Assembly (NCBI GenBank): GCA_012295275.1
Contig: CM022666.1
Coordinates: 10,726,001-10,790,000 of the forward strand
Source of the DNA: Chrysomallon squamiferum
Lineage: Eukaryota > Animalia > Mollusca
Length of the DNA: 64,000 nucleotides
Direction: 5' to 3'
Shown in pieces: positions 24,735 through 39,065 of the stretch (the first letter of the stretch is position 1; the number at the start of each line of letters is the position of its first letter). The position numbers were made by a program, and so were the translations under genes. The notes under the pieces were generated by a model, which worked only from the letters and a program-made list of their open reading frames with translations, was not told the DNA's origin and did not search any database.

Positions 24735-27700
24735 TCTCTATGTCCAAACTGAAAAGATGCTTATTAACAGAGTCAGAAGTTCTAACTGTCAGGTGATCAC
24801 AGTTTCTGTTTGTGAGGTAATTCCAGTTTTTATATGTCAGGTATCCGAAAAATAAGTTTCTTCTTGTCCGGTTATCATCAATGTTTTAAGCAATCAGCAT
24901 TTTTAAATAAAATTGTAGAGTGTTCATGTCTTTGTTTTACTGCTTAGTGTTATAATTGTTTTACTGTTTAGTGATATAACTGTTTTACTGTTTAGTGACA
25001 TAATTACATAATTCAGTTTAGAAATAAAACTGTTTACCCATGATTTAGTTGTATAACTGTATGATAAGATTGTTTACCCTTGTTAAACAGTATAGCTTAG
25101 AGATAAAATAGTTCACCTGTAAACTATGATAAAATTTGTGTAGTTATACCTGTGTGTAATGGGTACACTCTTTGTTGTCGGCGCACTTATTAGTAGAAAA
25201 AGTATAATCCTTGTATTCGTTATACCACCAGTCAACGAATTTGTTGGTATTATCGTTCACTGAGCCTAAATAAATAAATAACAATGATGACAGTGATAAC
25301 GAGGGATAATAAAAATAATGATAATGATGATGATGATGATGGAGAAGAAGAAGAAACTTTTTGTTCTTGTTAATTATTTATTTATTTTTTAATAATATAC
25401 TACTTAGTTAATGGTGACGACAATTTTCTAATCCCATTTTTATGGCGTAACAATCGCAGTATCATTTCCGTGATTTGTGAGAAAAAAATTCACAAAATAC
25501 GGCAAAATGAGAGTCTCGTAGAAGTTTTATTTTAACAGTTTACACTAAGCCCAGCTAAAAACTGATTATTTTTGTTGTAAATTAAAATACTGTTACCAGT
25601 AGTGTAGAATATGTTCTCTCCAACAGTTTTGAATTCACTTTGTTCTTCGTTTCTGTTGCTGTTGTGGCCGTAATGACATCCATTCGCCCACGTTTGTGCC
25701 ACCTTCTCCAACGCTGAACTCCAGTACTGTATAGTTCACGAAAAAAAAAAAAATAAAACAAAATAAAAAAAAAAAACACCAATATAACACACACACACAC
25801 ACACACAAACACATATACATAGTACTCACATACATATATAAACACATACCTAAATACATGCATGCGTGCGTTCAAATATTTTTACATACATATATCTATT
25901 TTACACACACACACTCATATATAAATTCATTATATATATTTCTCTTGATATTTCTCTTCTGTTAGTTCGTATTAAGAGTGTGAAAAATTAGCGATGCAAC
26001 AGTACGTAAAATTGTCAAATAAAGATATTCATTTTCATCAATACCAAAGATAAGTTTCAGATCTAAAGTAATTATGAACTGTTGTGACGATGGCATAAAA
26101 GAACTGGTCTGTTCTTGCTGTCCCCCCGGAACAACTGCCTCATTGTTTCTTCAAATATACCACTCAGAATGATTATCAAGCAACATTCCGATGAATTAGT
26201 CAAAGTGTGTTATATTAAACTTGATTAAAGGAACTTGGATTATTAATTCCAATAAATTAGTCAAAACTAACTAGATTTGGCTAATTACTAATTAAACTTG
26301 AGTGAAGGCATTTGGATTATTTTGACCTGCTAAAACATTTTATAAAATATCATCCAACATCAAAGCTAACTAGAGTCAGCTAATTACTAATTCAGGCTGA
26401 TTAAATGCTAATGTTTCCTTTGATTTGGCAAGTGATCTATAATTGAGATGAATATTCTATAAGACGGAGTTCATTGACTCAGAGCGTGATCATCCAAAAC
26501 GTACCTTCGAAAACTATGTGTGTGACCGACAGAAGGACCTCAGTGGTGATTTCACACGAGTGTGAAGGAAGAAAGCAACCTCTCTGTACAGCTAAACTGT
26601 ACTGAGACTGGATGCTTCTTTCATTTGAGGCAATGCATCTGGCGCCAAATTCAACTCATTATTCTGGCAGTTCGTAACAATATTGATGAAGAGTTTACTT
26701 TACTGATCCGTCAGATAGCTGCAATTGCATTCGTTCCACTGGATGAAGTCACGGCAGCTTTTGAAGCACTATCAGAAGCTGATGGTGATAATTCTTTATT
26801 ACAAATACTGGATTACTTTGAGGACAACGTCGTATATTGCCAGTATGGCAGAGCTGGTCGCAGACATAATCCAGGTTACAATGTTGGCATGTAGAACATG
26901 CATCAGAGGTTGGACAAAATTTGGTTCGGACTAACAACTTCGTGGAAGGGTGGCACCGTTGTTCCAGTCAAACATTGGTGCCTACCATCTGCATTTCTGG
27001 AACTGTATAGACATTGTAAAGCATGAACATGCACCAATGAACTGGAAATAAACCAGATGATTGGCGGGGAAGCACCTCAGCCACTTCATAGAAAATACCA
27101 AGAAGCTTCACTGCGTTTGTTCTGACTAGTCAGACATCGTGAAAACTGACACGTCCTGGACTGTTTGAGTGGAACAGCAGATAACATAAAACTGAGACGT
27201 GTCATGAACTCTTGTAAGAAGTGTCTTAGTAAACCTGGTTGTAGTTGAATATGTACTTGTGAATGAACTGTTGCTATACAACGCTTTCCTAGAGAACTAT
27301 TGACAGACTACAATAAATTTCATTTTATATTTTTGAAGTATTAAAAAAGTTGTCCTTATACATGTATATATGTCGTTATGCTTGAAAATGTTTAATGGAA
27401 GAAAAAATGGGCGGCAGTTGTCCTAGAATCAATAATTTGTTCTTATCTCGATAGCAGCAAGGAATCATTTTATAAAGACCCTGACATAAACAGAAATACA
27501 TAAATATAGCTTTTGAACAGCAGCTGTCAGGGGTTGGGATGGGTCACCACTCGTGCTAATTTTAGAAACATTCCCGATACTGTTTTTATTTATTTATTTA
27601 TTATTATTATTATTTACAATATTTACTAGAAAAAAGGTGTTAAAAAAGAAAAGACAAAAATAAAATAAAATAAAAACAGAAAACTAAATAAGCAATAATG

Positions 27701-28259
27701 AATAATAATAATAAAATAGAATAGAAGAGATTAAAATACTACTACTACTAGTACCGCTACTACTACCATCACCACCACCACCACTACTACTACTTCTACT
27801 AATAAATACAATTTAAAAAGATAATAATAATAATAACTCGACGTTACTTTGAGAGAATAACTATCAGTATCTCTGAATATCATTATAAGTTACTGTTGTA
27901 CTTTATTATCAGCAAAGTTTGTTCGCCATGATGGAAATACGATCAGCTTATAAGTTTATAAAATGCATTAGTTCATACTAGATGTACACTTAAATTCTTA
28001 GTGTCTATTTATTTTATTTACTCACCATCAGTTCCATGTTAGCAGCAGTCGGATCCGCTGAACCTCTGTGCTTATTATGTCTCTTAAGGATTGCCTTTTT
28101 TTCTTCAAACGTGAAAGAAGATTTCCTTGTGTCTGCTCCTCTCTTTTGTCGCTGTAGTAAGACATTCCCCGCGCTGTCTGCTCCACTGACATCATATGCA
28201 GACGAACTTATTACATCAGCTAAACTTAGCGCCACCAAAACCACAAAAATCGCTTTCAT
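23472..28259 (-). CDS. CAP-3: CAP/SCP protein with propeptide, hinge, EGF-like module and putative GPI signal, 288 aa, 6 exons
   Basis: Minus-strand exons 28259-28026, 25726-25597, 25265-25150, 24444-24335, 23968-23877, 23656-23472; GT..AG, phases 0,1,0,2,1 as in CAP-1/2; 867 nt open. Signal MKAIFVVLVALSLA, RQKR at aa 37-40, HNKHRG..PTAANMELMYWSSALEKVAQTWA, GENIF, WYNE, CTHYTQIMWHNTVAVGCG, VCDYAPFGN, PYKEGKSCSDCP, EGF CAGRTCKHGGKLSEDVCVCDC..C, tail GSGSKHIAGNMLLSVIGVVYLCLL*. Confidence 0.95.
26128..27430 (+). mobile_element. Decayed Mutator/MULE DNA transposon in CAP-3 intron 1 (antisense to host gene)
   Basis: Transposase remnant ~26590-27195: GCFFHLRQCIWRQIQ, IAFVP..FEAL..LDYFEDN, then frameshifted RTNNFVEGWH - characteristic MULE motifs; imperfect inverted ends ggaacaactgcc (26128) / ggcagttgtcc (27413). 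Confidence 0.85.
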
Positions 28260-31200
28260 TTTAATTTTATTTTTTAAAATCTTCTTCGTTTTTCTTCTAC
28301 AAAGTTTACTGTTATTCAAATATTGTTCTCTAGCTTCCCGAAGCTCTTTATGTCTGAAACCAAACTCACCAGCACGCAAGTGGATATGTAACTTGAACTG
28401 GGTTTGTTGCCTGGAACCTAATACAAACAAACACTATCATGTATCTAAAAACAAAACTAAGGTCTAAAAAAAAAGTATTAAAAGAAAGAATTAAAAAAAA
28501 AAAAAAAGAAAAAAAAAAAAAAAGAAATAAAGAAATAAAAATGAACAGCTAAAGCAAAAGTGAAATTAAAAATGGATGTATCATTTGAATGCTATGGTGA
28601 TAGAAAACAAACAACATGTCTTCTATGCACGGGAAAAACGATTTTCGATATTCGAGTTTGTTTTTTGATTTTTGTCTGCGTTATGTTCTATTTCAGTATC
28701 AATGTTTGTCTGGCTGCCAGCGTAACGTCAGCAACCTGAACCAGACGTCCCGGCCTTCTTCTTTGTTTGCTTCTGAGTAAAGTAAATAATTTAGCATTTA
28801 TTAAAGAGTGCCTATTATTCCAGAAATCGAAAAATACATACCCGAAACTTGGTTTTTAAAAGTTTTATAAGAATTTTTAAATTTCAATGGCGATGTTGTT
28901 GTATGACTGTTTCATACTACTGGTAATAATTAAAGTTTGATTCAATATTTTTAACTGAAAAACCTATTGTTAAATGTTTCGTGTAGGTGCTAAGGTACAG
29001 TAATAAATGTTAACAACAACAGTAGTCAAAAATTATATTAATGGGACGAAAATGATAAATAAATAAATAAATAAATAAATAAACAAATAAATAAAAGTAG
29101 TACCGTCTTTGTTTTACCAGTTTTCTCTAGTGACTTTTAGAACTCGAACTGAGTAACGGTTAAATGGCAGATATCCAATGTTTTGCAACTATATTATTTT
29201 ATAGACTGATCTTTTTATTGATTAGATCGCTGAAAGCATTAATAACTTAAAAAACGTATTGAATTTTTATTTTTAACGAATATAACGCAAAGTCGGTGAA
29301 TTATTGTGACGAATCAACGACATTCGTTTCTGAAATGGAAAAATGCAGAAAAAGAGGTAATAATAATATTAAATAAATAAATAAATGACAGAAAAACAAA
29401 AACAGACAGTCCCATCCCCATACCGACTGAAAAAAGAAAAAAAGTCATTTGCAAATTGCCAGTCACTGTACTGATCAGTTTGTTTCTGCATTACACTAAT
29501 AATATTTATTATAGTTGATCTTCCAAAATGTTGTTCGCGTTGAAACTTTTGTCCTAACCGTACAACGTACAACATTGCACACACACGTATGTAAACAACA
29601 AATACACACTAAGTAAAGAGTTCACGGCGGACGTACTGAAAAGTTCATGTGGCTTGAGTCCAGTGCCACTGCAAACGACGGCAAAAGTTATGGTGTGTGC
29701 AGACAAATCAAAACCTGACACCTACTTGTAGACGAACAAAGGACATCAATTCCAAATAACTCAGGAAACGTGAAAATACCTATTTATTATTGATATGACG
29801 TCATTTACTTCGTAACCGAAACAGTTAATTTTAAATATTTTTGTTTATTGCTTTTCCTTTGTTTTTAAATTCTAGGACGAGGTTTTTCAATATTTTTATG
29901 TTTTACAACCTGACACTGAAACATTTCACGAAATGCACTTCTACTGACAAAACAGTCATATACAGGACTTTTATAACAACGTGCAAGGGTAAACGGGCCT
30001 CAGTAAATCAAAGCTGCTTCTGCATATTTTATTTACTTTTAAATTGACTGGACAGACATTGAAAACAGTTTCATGGTGTCAGTAATATTCTCAAATAACG
30101 TTACATCGAGCGGACCAATTTAAAACACCCCTTACTCTCGATTTATTTATTTATTTATTTATTTGTTTATTATTATTATTATTATTGTTATTATTTTTAT
30201 TATTATTATAATTTTATTTGCCTCTGATACAATTATGCAGATAGTGCTGTCAGAGGGTTTTAATTCTAAAACATATATGTCTATTTAAGTGGGGTTTTTG
30301 TTGTTAAAGTGTTAAGACCTCAAAGTGCGAAACTCAGTTTACACTAAGTAACTGACTTCTCGGCAAGATCTCAGGTTGCATGTTGATTTTACTGTTTATT
30401 ATCAGAAACTGAACTTCGAGTCGGTACTGCCGTCAGGCTATACTGATACAGACACACACACAATCTCAAATTCAAAATAAAAACAATACACATAAAACTT
30501 TTTAATATATTTCTAACATTATTACCTTTTTAAACGAAGATGAATATATATTCTTTAATAATTATACATTATCTTTCAATTTTTTATTTTTATTTTTTAA
30601 ACTAATGTATATTTTTAAACGTATAAAATATTACAAAGCAAAGGGAATAGGGTCATGTGACCTGTTAGTAACTTCTAGGGAGTTAGTTTTTATTATTTTT
30701 ATTTCATGTTTTTTTTCTTCTTCTTTTGGTGACAATTTAACGTTACGTGTTTACAGGTAAAATTACGAATAATCTTTTCTCTGTGCAGAAACTAATAGCT
30801 TCGTATTATTTGAAACAGCACTGGTAATACATTTTATTTATTCTACATACACATGTTGCTATCATCGGTATGCGTCTTTTAAAATTATCCCCACAACAAA
30901 ATGCGTCTCTTTTGCATGATGGCTATTTTCGTTCTACTTTTTGTACTACTGAAAATAGCTTCATGTTTAAAAACATTTTAATCTCTGTATTTTGAGATTT
31001 TTCAGGTAAGCGATATCGTGTTAGCGTGAGGCTCTACAACCAGACGTTAATCCATATACGTAACTACATCCAACTGATCCAATCAAATAAAATAAAAATA
31101 AAAGTAAATAAATAAATAAATAAATAAATAATAAATAACAGTAATAATAATAATAATAGTAATAGTAGCATTAGTAGTATCAATACTAATATCAATAATA

Positions 31201-31830
31201 ATGAAACAATAAAACAAAATGAGGATAAATAAAAAATAAATAAGAATAGTAATAGTAGTAGTAGTAGTAGTAATAATACTAATAATAATAATAATAACAA
31301 TAACAATAATAATAATAATAACAACAACAACAACAACAATAATAATAATATAAAAATTGCGGATTTTAAAACAAACATATATAGTTATATTTACTAGTAT
31401 ACATACATACAGATATATACACAGATGTATGACGTACCTAAATTATTAAATGAACAAGATGAAAGTGAAAGCAACTACATCAGATCCTACTGTGAGCCTA
31501 TTGTAGGTGTCAGCCTTTACGTTCCTCAGAAACCTTATTTTCTTCAGCCTTCATTCGCGACTTAAAACTTTGGCTACTGGAATCGCGTTACAAGACAGAC
31601 AAGCCTTTACAATTCGCTCATTAGTAGCACACAACACACAATGTAAAGAGTTAGATATAATAGTTTTCCCAGTACTTGAAAGTCATCGCAATGTTGACAT
31701 TGAAAAAAAATCATAGAAAAGCAAAATTTTAACGGCTAGGAAAACGCACATGACAGGGCATCCGTCACATTTTTATAATAATAAAAAAAAAAAAAAAAAA
31801 ATACCCACTGCAAAATCCGCCAATAAAAAC

Positions 31831-31872
<42 letters not shown>

Positions 31873-32376
31873 TGACGACGATGATAATAAAATAAAATAA
31901 TAAAAATATTAAATAAATGAATAAAATGTGACATTTTAATATTTATCAATTTTCTGAACAGTACATTAAAAACCTGTATGCAGGTAGTTTTATATTTCAG
32001 AATACTTTACGACTGAATATGGTAAATTATGTGGGAATGTTTTAAGCTATATTCTAAATGTCTAGATTCATTTTCAATCAATGCCTAATGATATCATTTT
32101 AATTTTTTTTTATTTTGAAATAATTTAATAAGAACATTTTAAATATATTTGGTATTGTTTAATGGATAGTTCTATATGTTCATTCATGAACATTTTTGAA
32201 CAATTTTGCAATATAATTTTAAAATATTTTATGTATATTCTTTAAATATAATGATAATGTAGCTAATATTAATCCAGTACACGATAATCTGGTCTAAAAT
32301 AAGAAGAACAAAATCACAAAATTATAGTGGTCAGTTTCAAATCTGTCAGAATCCCTAGAGACAAAATTAGAAAATG

Positions 32377-32425
<49 letters not shown>

Positions 32426-34602
32426 CATTATTATTATTTTTAAATTATAAATTCTGTAGCAAGTGCGGTTTTTAATTACAAATATACAAACACACACACA
32501 TATATACATACACCTATACACATACATACATACATGCATGTATGTGCTTACATGAGCACAAACATATTTATTCTGTGTGCGTGTGTGCATGTGTGTATAC
32601 ACACATACACACACACACATCTGTATATTTACATAAATATATATTTTCAGAAACTGACATTATATCGTGCTACATTACAAAGTTACCTGATGAAGCGAAA
32701 TCTGCCTGTGAAAATTTACATCCTTTCTGTATGACTCCTCAAGTGTGTAATAACCCAATTTCCCTATTACCAGCTTTACATGTATAAAATACGTGCTGTA
32801 TAAGGACAAGAACTGCGTTGTCTACATACTGCATTAAAAAGTGAAGGACTCGATGACAAAACAAAAATAATACAGGCAGCTGACATTTATAGTGATTATT
32901 AAATATTTTTAATTCATGTCAAAGCAGTGTTACTAACAAGTTGTTATTATCAGATTTGTTCTTATACGTGTCAGTTCCTATGGGCGGCTGTTTTAGTGGT
33001 AAAACAGCAAGTTTTATTTTATATTTTATATGAACCACTCTACAAAGAAAGAGAGAAACACAACTTTTATTTTGTTCGGCGAAGAGCTGCGGGAACTAAA
33101 CAATACTCGTATTGTGAATATTAAAGTAAGACTTCCCCATGCTGAGTTTCTGTGTGTTCATCAATATAATTATGTGTGCGCATGTATTATAACGTGGCTG
33201 AGATCAATATATGTAAAACAGACATTTCATTCTCTTGTGAATAATATATTTTATTACTTCTACGGATAGTAATTCATCAATAATAATTAAAGATTTATTA
33301 TACATTTTGTTGTCATTATAAACATACAAAATTTATCGTCGAATTGAAAATATTTGTTAAAATATAGCTACAAAACGAAAAACTTCGTTTGCTACATTTC
33401 TTTAATAAGCAGCAAGGATTATTTTATAGCGCCATCTACAGACAAGAACGTGGATACAACCAATCTTAGGCTCAGGTTGGATTGGGATATAGGAGCACAG
33501 AGAAAGGTTGATTCTACAACCAAAGAACGATCGTTAGAACAACACGACACTCTATTACATTAGACACTGTATAATCAAATAAATCGATAGAAGAGATATA
33601 AATATATTTCTGATAATAGTTATAATTAAAATAAATAGAAATGTCACTTGGCTGTTAGTAGGTACAATGAAATGAAAAGTTTAGATGTACATCTGAGCGC
33701 TGTTTTCATGATAATGCAGATAGATACAGATACATTTTGCTGTTTTTCTCAGGCACTGATAAATGGAATCAACTCTGTTCCTATGTAATTTAAAATGATG
33801 ACTTATTTATTTTGTGTCAGACTATTCTGGTTCTTAGCCCTTTATATTTTTTCATTCAAGCACGCTCATCATGGAAACAGTCAGCTATCTTATGTTCTTT
33901 CAACGACATATTTATTTATTTAGTTAGTTGTGCGTTTGTGTATGTGTATGTGTGTGTTTATATATATATTCTGAGAGGTGCTAAACAGTATTTCAAAAAA
34001 ATATTTGAACGATCAACATAGATAATAAAACAATAATAATCAACAAGGCGATTCTTTATTTTCTGTGTGTTATTAGACAGAGATACTGACAGATAAACAT
34101 AAATAATAAAATATAATGTAATATTTCAAAATGCAGCACTGGTACAGCAAATACTGTTATAAACTAAAACAATTATACTGATCTGAAAAGATTATTTCTG
34201 ATTTATTAATTTTGATATTTAGCAAACATAGTTTAAGCAAAAAAAATAAATAAAAAAAATAACATTAAACCGAGCTGGCTTGAACTGCCTGAGGGTATGT
34301 AGAAAGACAGACAAACAGTCAAAAGAAAATTTATTAACTTTAACAATAGAGTACATTGGACTTACAACTGAATTATAAAGAGCCTATCTTTTTAGTTAGA
34401 TAGATAGAGATAGACACAGAGCTTAATATGTAGATGGATAGATAGATAAATAGATAGATAGCTAGCTAGATAGATACATATAGATATATAATATAGATAG
34501 ACAGATATATAAACAGTCAGATTGACAGAAAAAAGTTTACTAGGTAATTTTTAAGCTAAAAGAATATAAAACATTAATCCAGATTTGAGAGAAAAACAAA
34601 TA

Positions 34603-36000
34603 TACTCTAACAAAAAAGAAACGCAAAAGTAGATTTTATTGACATTGGGAATATCTGTCTAATGGATCAACAGAAAGAAGCAGAATGTTCACATTTTACA
34701 AACTCTTTCGCAATTCATTAATATTGATGGTATTACATTGAAAAGGTTAAAGTTCAAGGATACAACAGTATAATATCAATACCTTGTGTGTCGACCATGG
34801 GAGTCCAGAACTGCCTGACATCTCCATCCCATAGCAGTAATGACATTACGAATTACACCGTGTGGAATGGTGGCCCACTCTGTCTGTAGTAATAATGCCA
34901 ACTGAGCACGATTCTGTGGCTGTGGTTGATGCTGCCTCAGTCGTCTATCCAACTCGTCCCATAAATGCTCTATAGGGTTCAAATCCGGAGATTTTGAGGG
35001 CCAGGGCAGGATCTGAATGTTATTGTTGTGTAGGTACGCTGTTGTGAGTCTGGCTGTATGTGGTCTCGTATTGTCGTGCTGGAATACAGCGTTACCATTA
35101 TTCATAACAAGTGGCAGCAAAATTTCATCTCGCTATATCTGTGCCGTTAAGTTGCCTTTGATGTGAACCAGGTTGGTCGTGCCAGTGTACGAGATTGCTG
35201 CCCACACCATCACACTACCACCGCCAAATCTGTCCGCTTCCTGTATGCAGTTTGCAGAAAAACGTCCACGACGACGTCTGTAAACTCAACATCGTCAATC
35301 AGCTCGACGAAGCAGAAATCGAGCCTCGTCACTAAACCAGGCAGTTCTCCATCGTATTTGAGGCCAGACTCTGTGCAGCTGACACCACTGACGTCGTAGT
35401 AAACGACTGCGCATTGTCTGAGCAGATATTCTACGCTGACCTGGTATTGCTGAAGCAGTAGAGGTAGCAGTGGTAGTTCTTTCCCATAGATGAAGTATCC
35501 ATATGTAGCGGCCCTGGGCCCTGGTGGTTACACGTGGTCTACCTGATCTGGGACGGTCACGTGTTGTTTGGTGTTGCTGGAAACGATACCACATTCTCAA
35601 GATGGTGCTTGGGGATACATGGAACACCCGAGAAGGATTCGCCAGCTTGTAAACGGCCGATGACGTTGTTTCGTTGCGGTTCACTAAGTCGTGACATTTG
35701 TTTGATGTTCGGTCAGAACAAAAATAACCAACAGACGTATTCGAAAATCTTGCATTTTTATAAACCTCGTATTCAAGTTTCATATGCCGCACGTGCACAT
35801 GCACTGGCAACATGGTTTGCAAGCGGGGACGTTTTGGCTAATAAACACGATCATAGCCTTTATTTTGTGTTACCTACTTTTTGGCGACTGTAACAAAAGC
35901 TATACGTTTGAATCAACAAATGTCATTATAGTCATAGTTTGTCAGTTTACAATAGTTATCTAAGAAATCAACCATTTTGCGTTTCTTTTTTGGGACAGTA
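34603..36000 (-). mobile_element. Tc1-family (DD34E) DNA transposon, ~1.4 kb, inactive
   Basis: TIRs tactctaacaaaaaagaaacgcaaaa / ttttgcgtttcttttttgggacagta flanked by TA; transposase from ATG 35697 to stop 34776 with RSGRPRVTT, WFSDEARF, FQHDNTRPH, WPSKSPDLNPIEHLW (34 residues between D and E); frameshifts and an in-frame stop at 35295-35297. Confidence 0.95.
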
Positions 36001-37422
36001 TATTTAAGTTTCTATGGTAAGAAAGTGTTGATCATTATCACTTTATAAAAATTATATATATTTGTGCTTCAATCAGGATTACTCTGTAGAATTTGTACTA
36101 CGAAACGAAAAGATGCACATATAATTATAATATAATCTACCTTTTTAATATTATTTATGTATATAAAATAAAAATAAATGTATTTAAAGCAGATTTTAAG
36201 TGTAATAGAACTGTAAGTTATATATCTATTTGTTTTTTTTTATCGTGAAATAATATTCTGTAATTAATGTTTATTACATGATATTTAATATTTTAATGAG
36301 AATTATGCAATAGATGGCTTGTACACACTGAATAATAAATACAGTAATTTATAATCCCAGATAAATAGAATTTTGTTTAAAACATAAACAAACAAATAAA
36401 TAAAATGATATACAGCCAGATAAAAGGATAGATCGGTATAGAAACAAACATGTAGACCGTCAGTGAGATAATGAGACAGACAAATAACCTACATGTTTAT
36501 ATATGACTCTGCATAAAGACAATGGAACAATCTGGCTCAAGAGGACGTGATTCTCTATCTGTCTAACTATTTATCTGAATATCTATCCAATTCGGTTTCT
36601 CTATCTTTCCATCTTTCTCAATATCCCTCTCTCTGTCTATCTATATATATGTCTGTCTGTTTCTCTGACTGTCTGTCTGTCTGGCAATATATCTATGTCT
36701 CCTTAACAATAACTCTGTCACTATATCTTTCCATCTTCCTGTCTATATCTCTCTATCTATCTGTCGTGAAAATCGTCTCGTGCACTATTTCTGTAGCTGA
36801 AAACATACTTGGTGCTTATCAGAAATTCTTGTCCTATTTCTTTTTCATACATACACACCTACTATTTTTTTCTTCTTGACTTTCCTTTTGGTGATATTGT
36901 TGTTGTTCTTCTTACTATTATCATTATTATTATTATTGCTGTTAAACGCAGATCTATGATTTCAGTTCTTTAAAACAGTAGATTAAGATAACAATACAGT
37001 TAAACATCTTTTAATTTCAGTATTAGGCAACAAAACCAGTTATATTTTATTTCTTTTATCTCATATGAACAGGAAGAAACTGATATCTGAAGGCTTTAGT
37101 CACTTATTTCTTTTTATCCTGCAATTCTAAATAATACAAAAAATATAGGGTTTAAATGTTTTATTTATCGACTCAAAGTAATAGATTCATGTGTTGTGAT
37201 TTCCTTGTCACAAAAATTAATTTATTATTTTTTCTGAACGAAAACAGTTTTTAAAATGGTAATTTAAGATCTAAACGAGCAATTAAGCACTATAGAAATA
37301 ACTTTAAAGAATTTTTACATTAAGTAAATACGGTGTCGTCATAAAAAGCTACATTTTTGTATAGTCTCATAGCTTAGCACTATATGAAGTCATTTCAGTG
37401 TGTGTGTGTGTGTGTGTGTATA

Positions 37423-38134
37423 CATTGGTACCTTGTCTTACGAGTGTCCTAACTTACGAGTTTTCCAAGTTATGAGGAGTCGCTTGGTCGATTTTTTGCT
37501 TTGAGTTGCGAGCCAAAATCCAAGTTATGAGCAAGCTTCAGATACGACGCCGCTAGGTGGCGCAACGAACAACACAACATCCCGCTTCTCAATTCTTTAC
37601 TTCTTCTGGTTACCTCACTGCGGAAGCATCTATATTGTGTTGTGTTCGCGTTTTATGAAGTATTTTGACAAATTTCTTTTTTCTGACCATGGATCGTGAA
37701 AAAGTGAGTGCAAAGAACAATGCTGAGAAGAAGAAGCGGATAATATCGTTTGAATTCAAGCATGAAATCATAGAAAAACATGAGCGAGGTGTGCATGTTG
37801 TAACTTGGCTAAACAGTACGAGCATAGGATCGCACTGAAGCAGAAGGAGTCGATAAAGGATGTAACTCCAGCCAAAGGCGTTGAAATAATGTCTGCTCAT
37901 TACAAAACCACTTTGTTTCTTTAAATTCTCTTTTAATTTGTTTTTATATACAATATTTGTCATTTATAAATAATATTTCTTTTTTAAAAACACGTTACAA
38001 AACAATAGGGTAGTTTTAGTGGTCTGGAACGGATTAATGGTATTTCAATTAATTTCAGTTGGGAAAATTGATTTGGTATACGAGCAAATTGATTTACGAG
38101 CTTGGTCACGGAACGAATTAAACTCGTAAGCCAG
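37423..38134 (+). mobile_element. Internally deleted Tigger/pogo-type DNA transposon (~710 bp)
   Basis: TA-flanked 5' end cattggtaccttgtcttacgagt and inverted actcgtaag near the 3' end; from ATG 37689 reads MDREKVSAKNNAEKKKRIISFEFKHEIIEKHERGVHV then (frameshift) LKQKESIKDVTPAKG, the CENP-B/Psq-type HTH N-terminus of Tigger transposases; no DDE domain. Confidence 0.85.
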
Positions 38135-38469
38135 TATATATATATATATCTTTTCCAAATTGTAAAGAAAATATAACACAACTTTGGAATCAGGTGATTT
38201 TATGTTTGTGTTAAACATTTTATTAGTTTTATCGTGCACTTCTAGACTTAGTACTAGATTTTAGAAGAATAATAATCATATTAATCTTTACTGATAAATA
38301 CATGAATTTTTTAAGCTTCAAAACAAATATCTGTATGTCAATAATAATAATAAAACATTTCTACAGAATATATCCTTAGGTTTTGTTATAACTGTTTACT
38401 TTGAAGTTATTATAGAATATTTTGCTACGAAACAGAAAAGTGTGTGTGTTTGTGTGTGTGTGTATGTGA

Positions 38470-38517
<48 letters not shown>

Positions 38518-39065
38518 TGGGTGTGTGTGTGTGTCTGTGTCTGAGTCTTCGAGAGAAAAATACTTTTTCAAAAAATATTTATTAAAATCCCCAAAGTATT
38601 AGCAAATACACCTAAATAAAAACTCATTTTCAATTTTTCATGTATGTTTAAGTATGATTTAATATCTGAGTTTGTCTTTTTGGTTCTATATCACAGTATG
38701 CATGTCTGCGTAGTATGTCTATCTTTTCCGCACCACGCATATGTACAAATCATTTCTGATCGATTACTGGTTTGTTTTGCTTTCAAACCATATCTCTCTA
38801 TTATTTTACATTTTGTTGTTAGCGACTATCCATCGGATTTTTTTTTTTCTATTTTTTTTTTTTTACACTTGACTTGAAGATGGATTATACAAGAAAAATC
38901 GGAAGAAAAAAGAATGAATATATGAAATACGGCGTGCTCGCCTTCATAACGTTTTCGCGTATCTCTCTATACCTATGTTCACAAAATGTTTAATGAACTT
39001 TCATAATTGCAGAATAGTTGCGGTTTTATGTATTTATACTTAGGTGTGTGTACGTATTTTTTAAA

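Noticed and set aside
28260-28430. N-terminal extension of CAP-3 in the ORF track (MFVLGSRQ...)
   Set aside because: Starts at a non-ATG codon; the ATG at 28259 has an A-rich context and directly begins a signal peptide.
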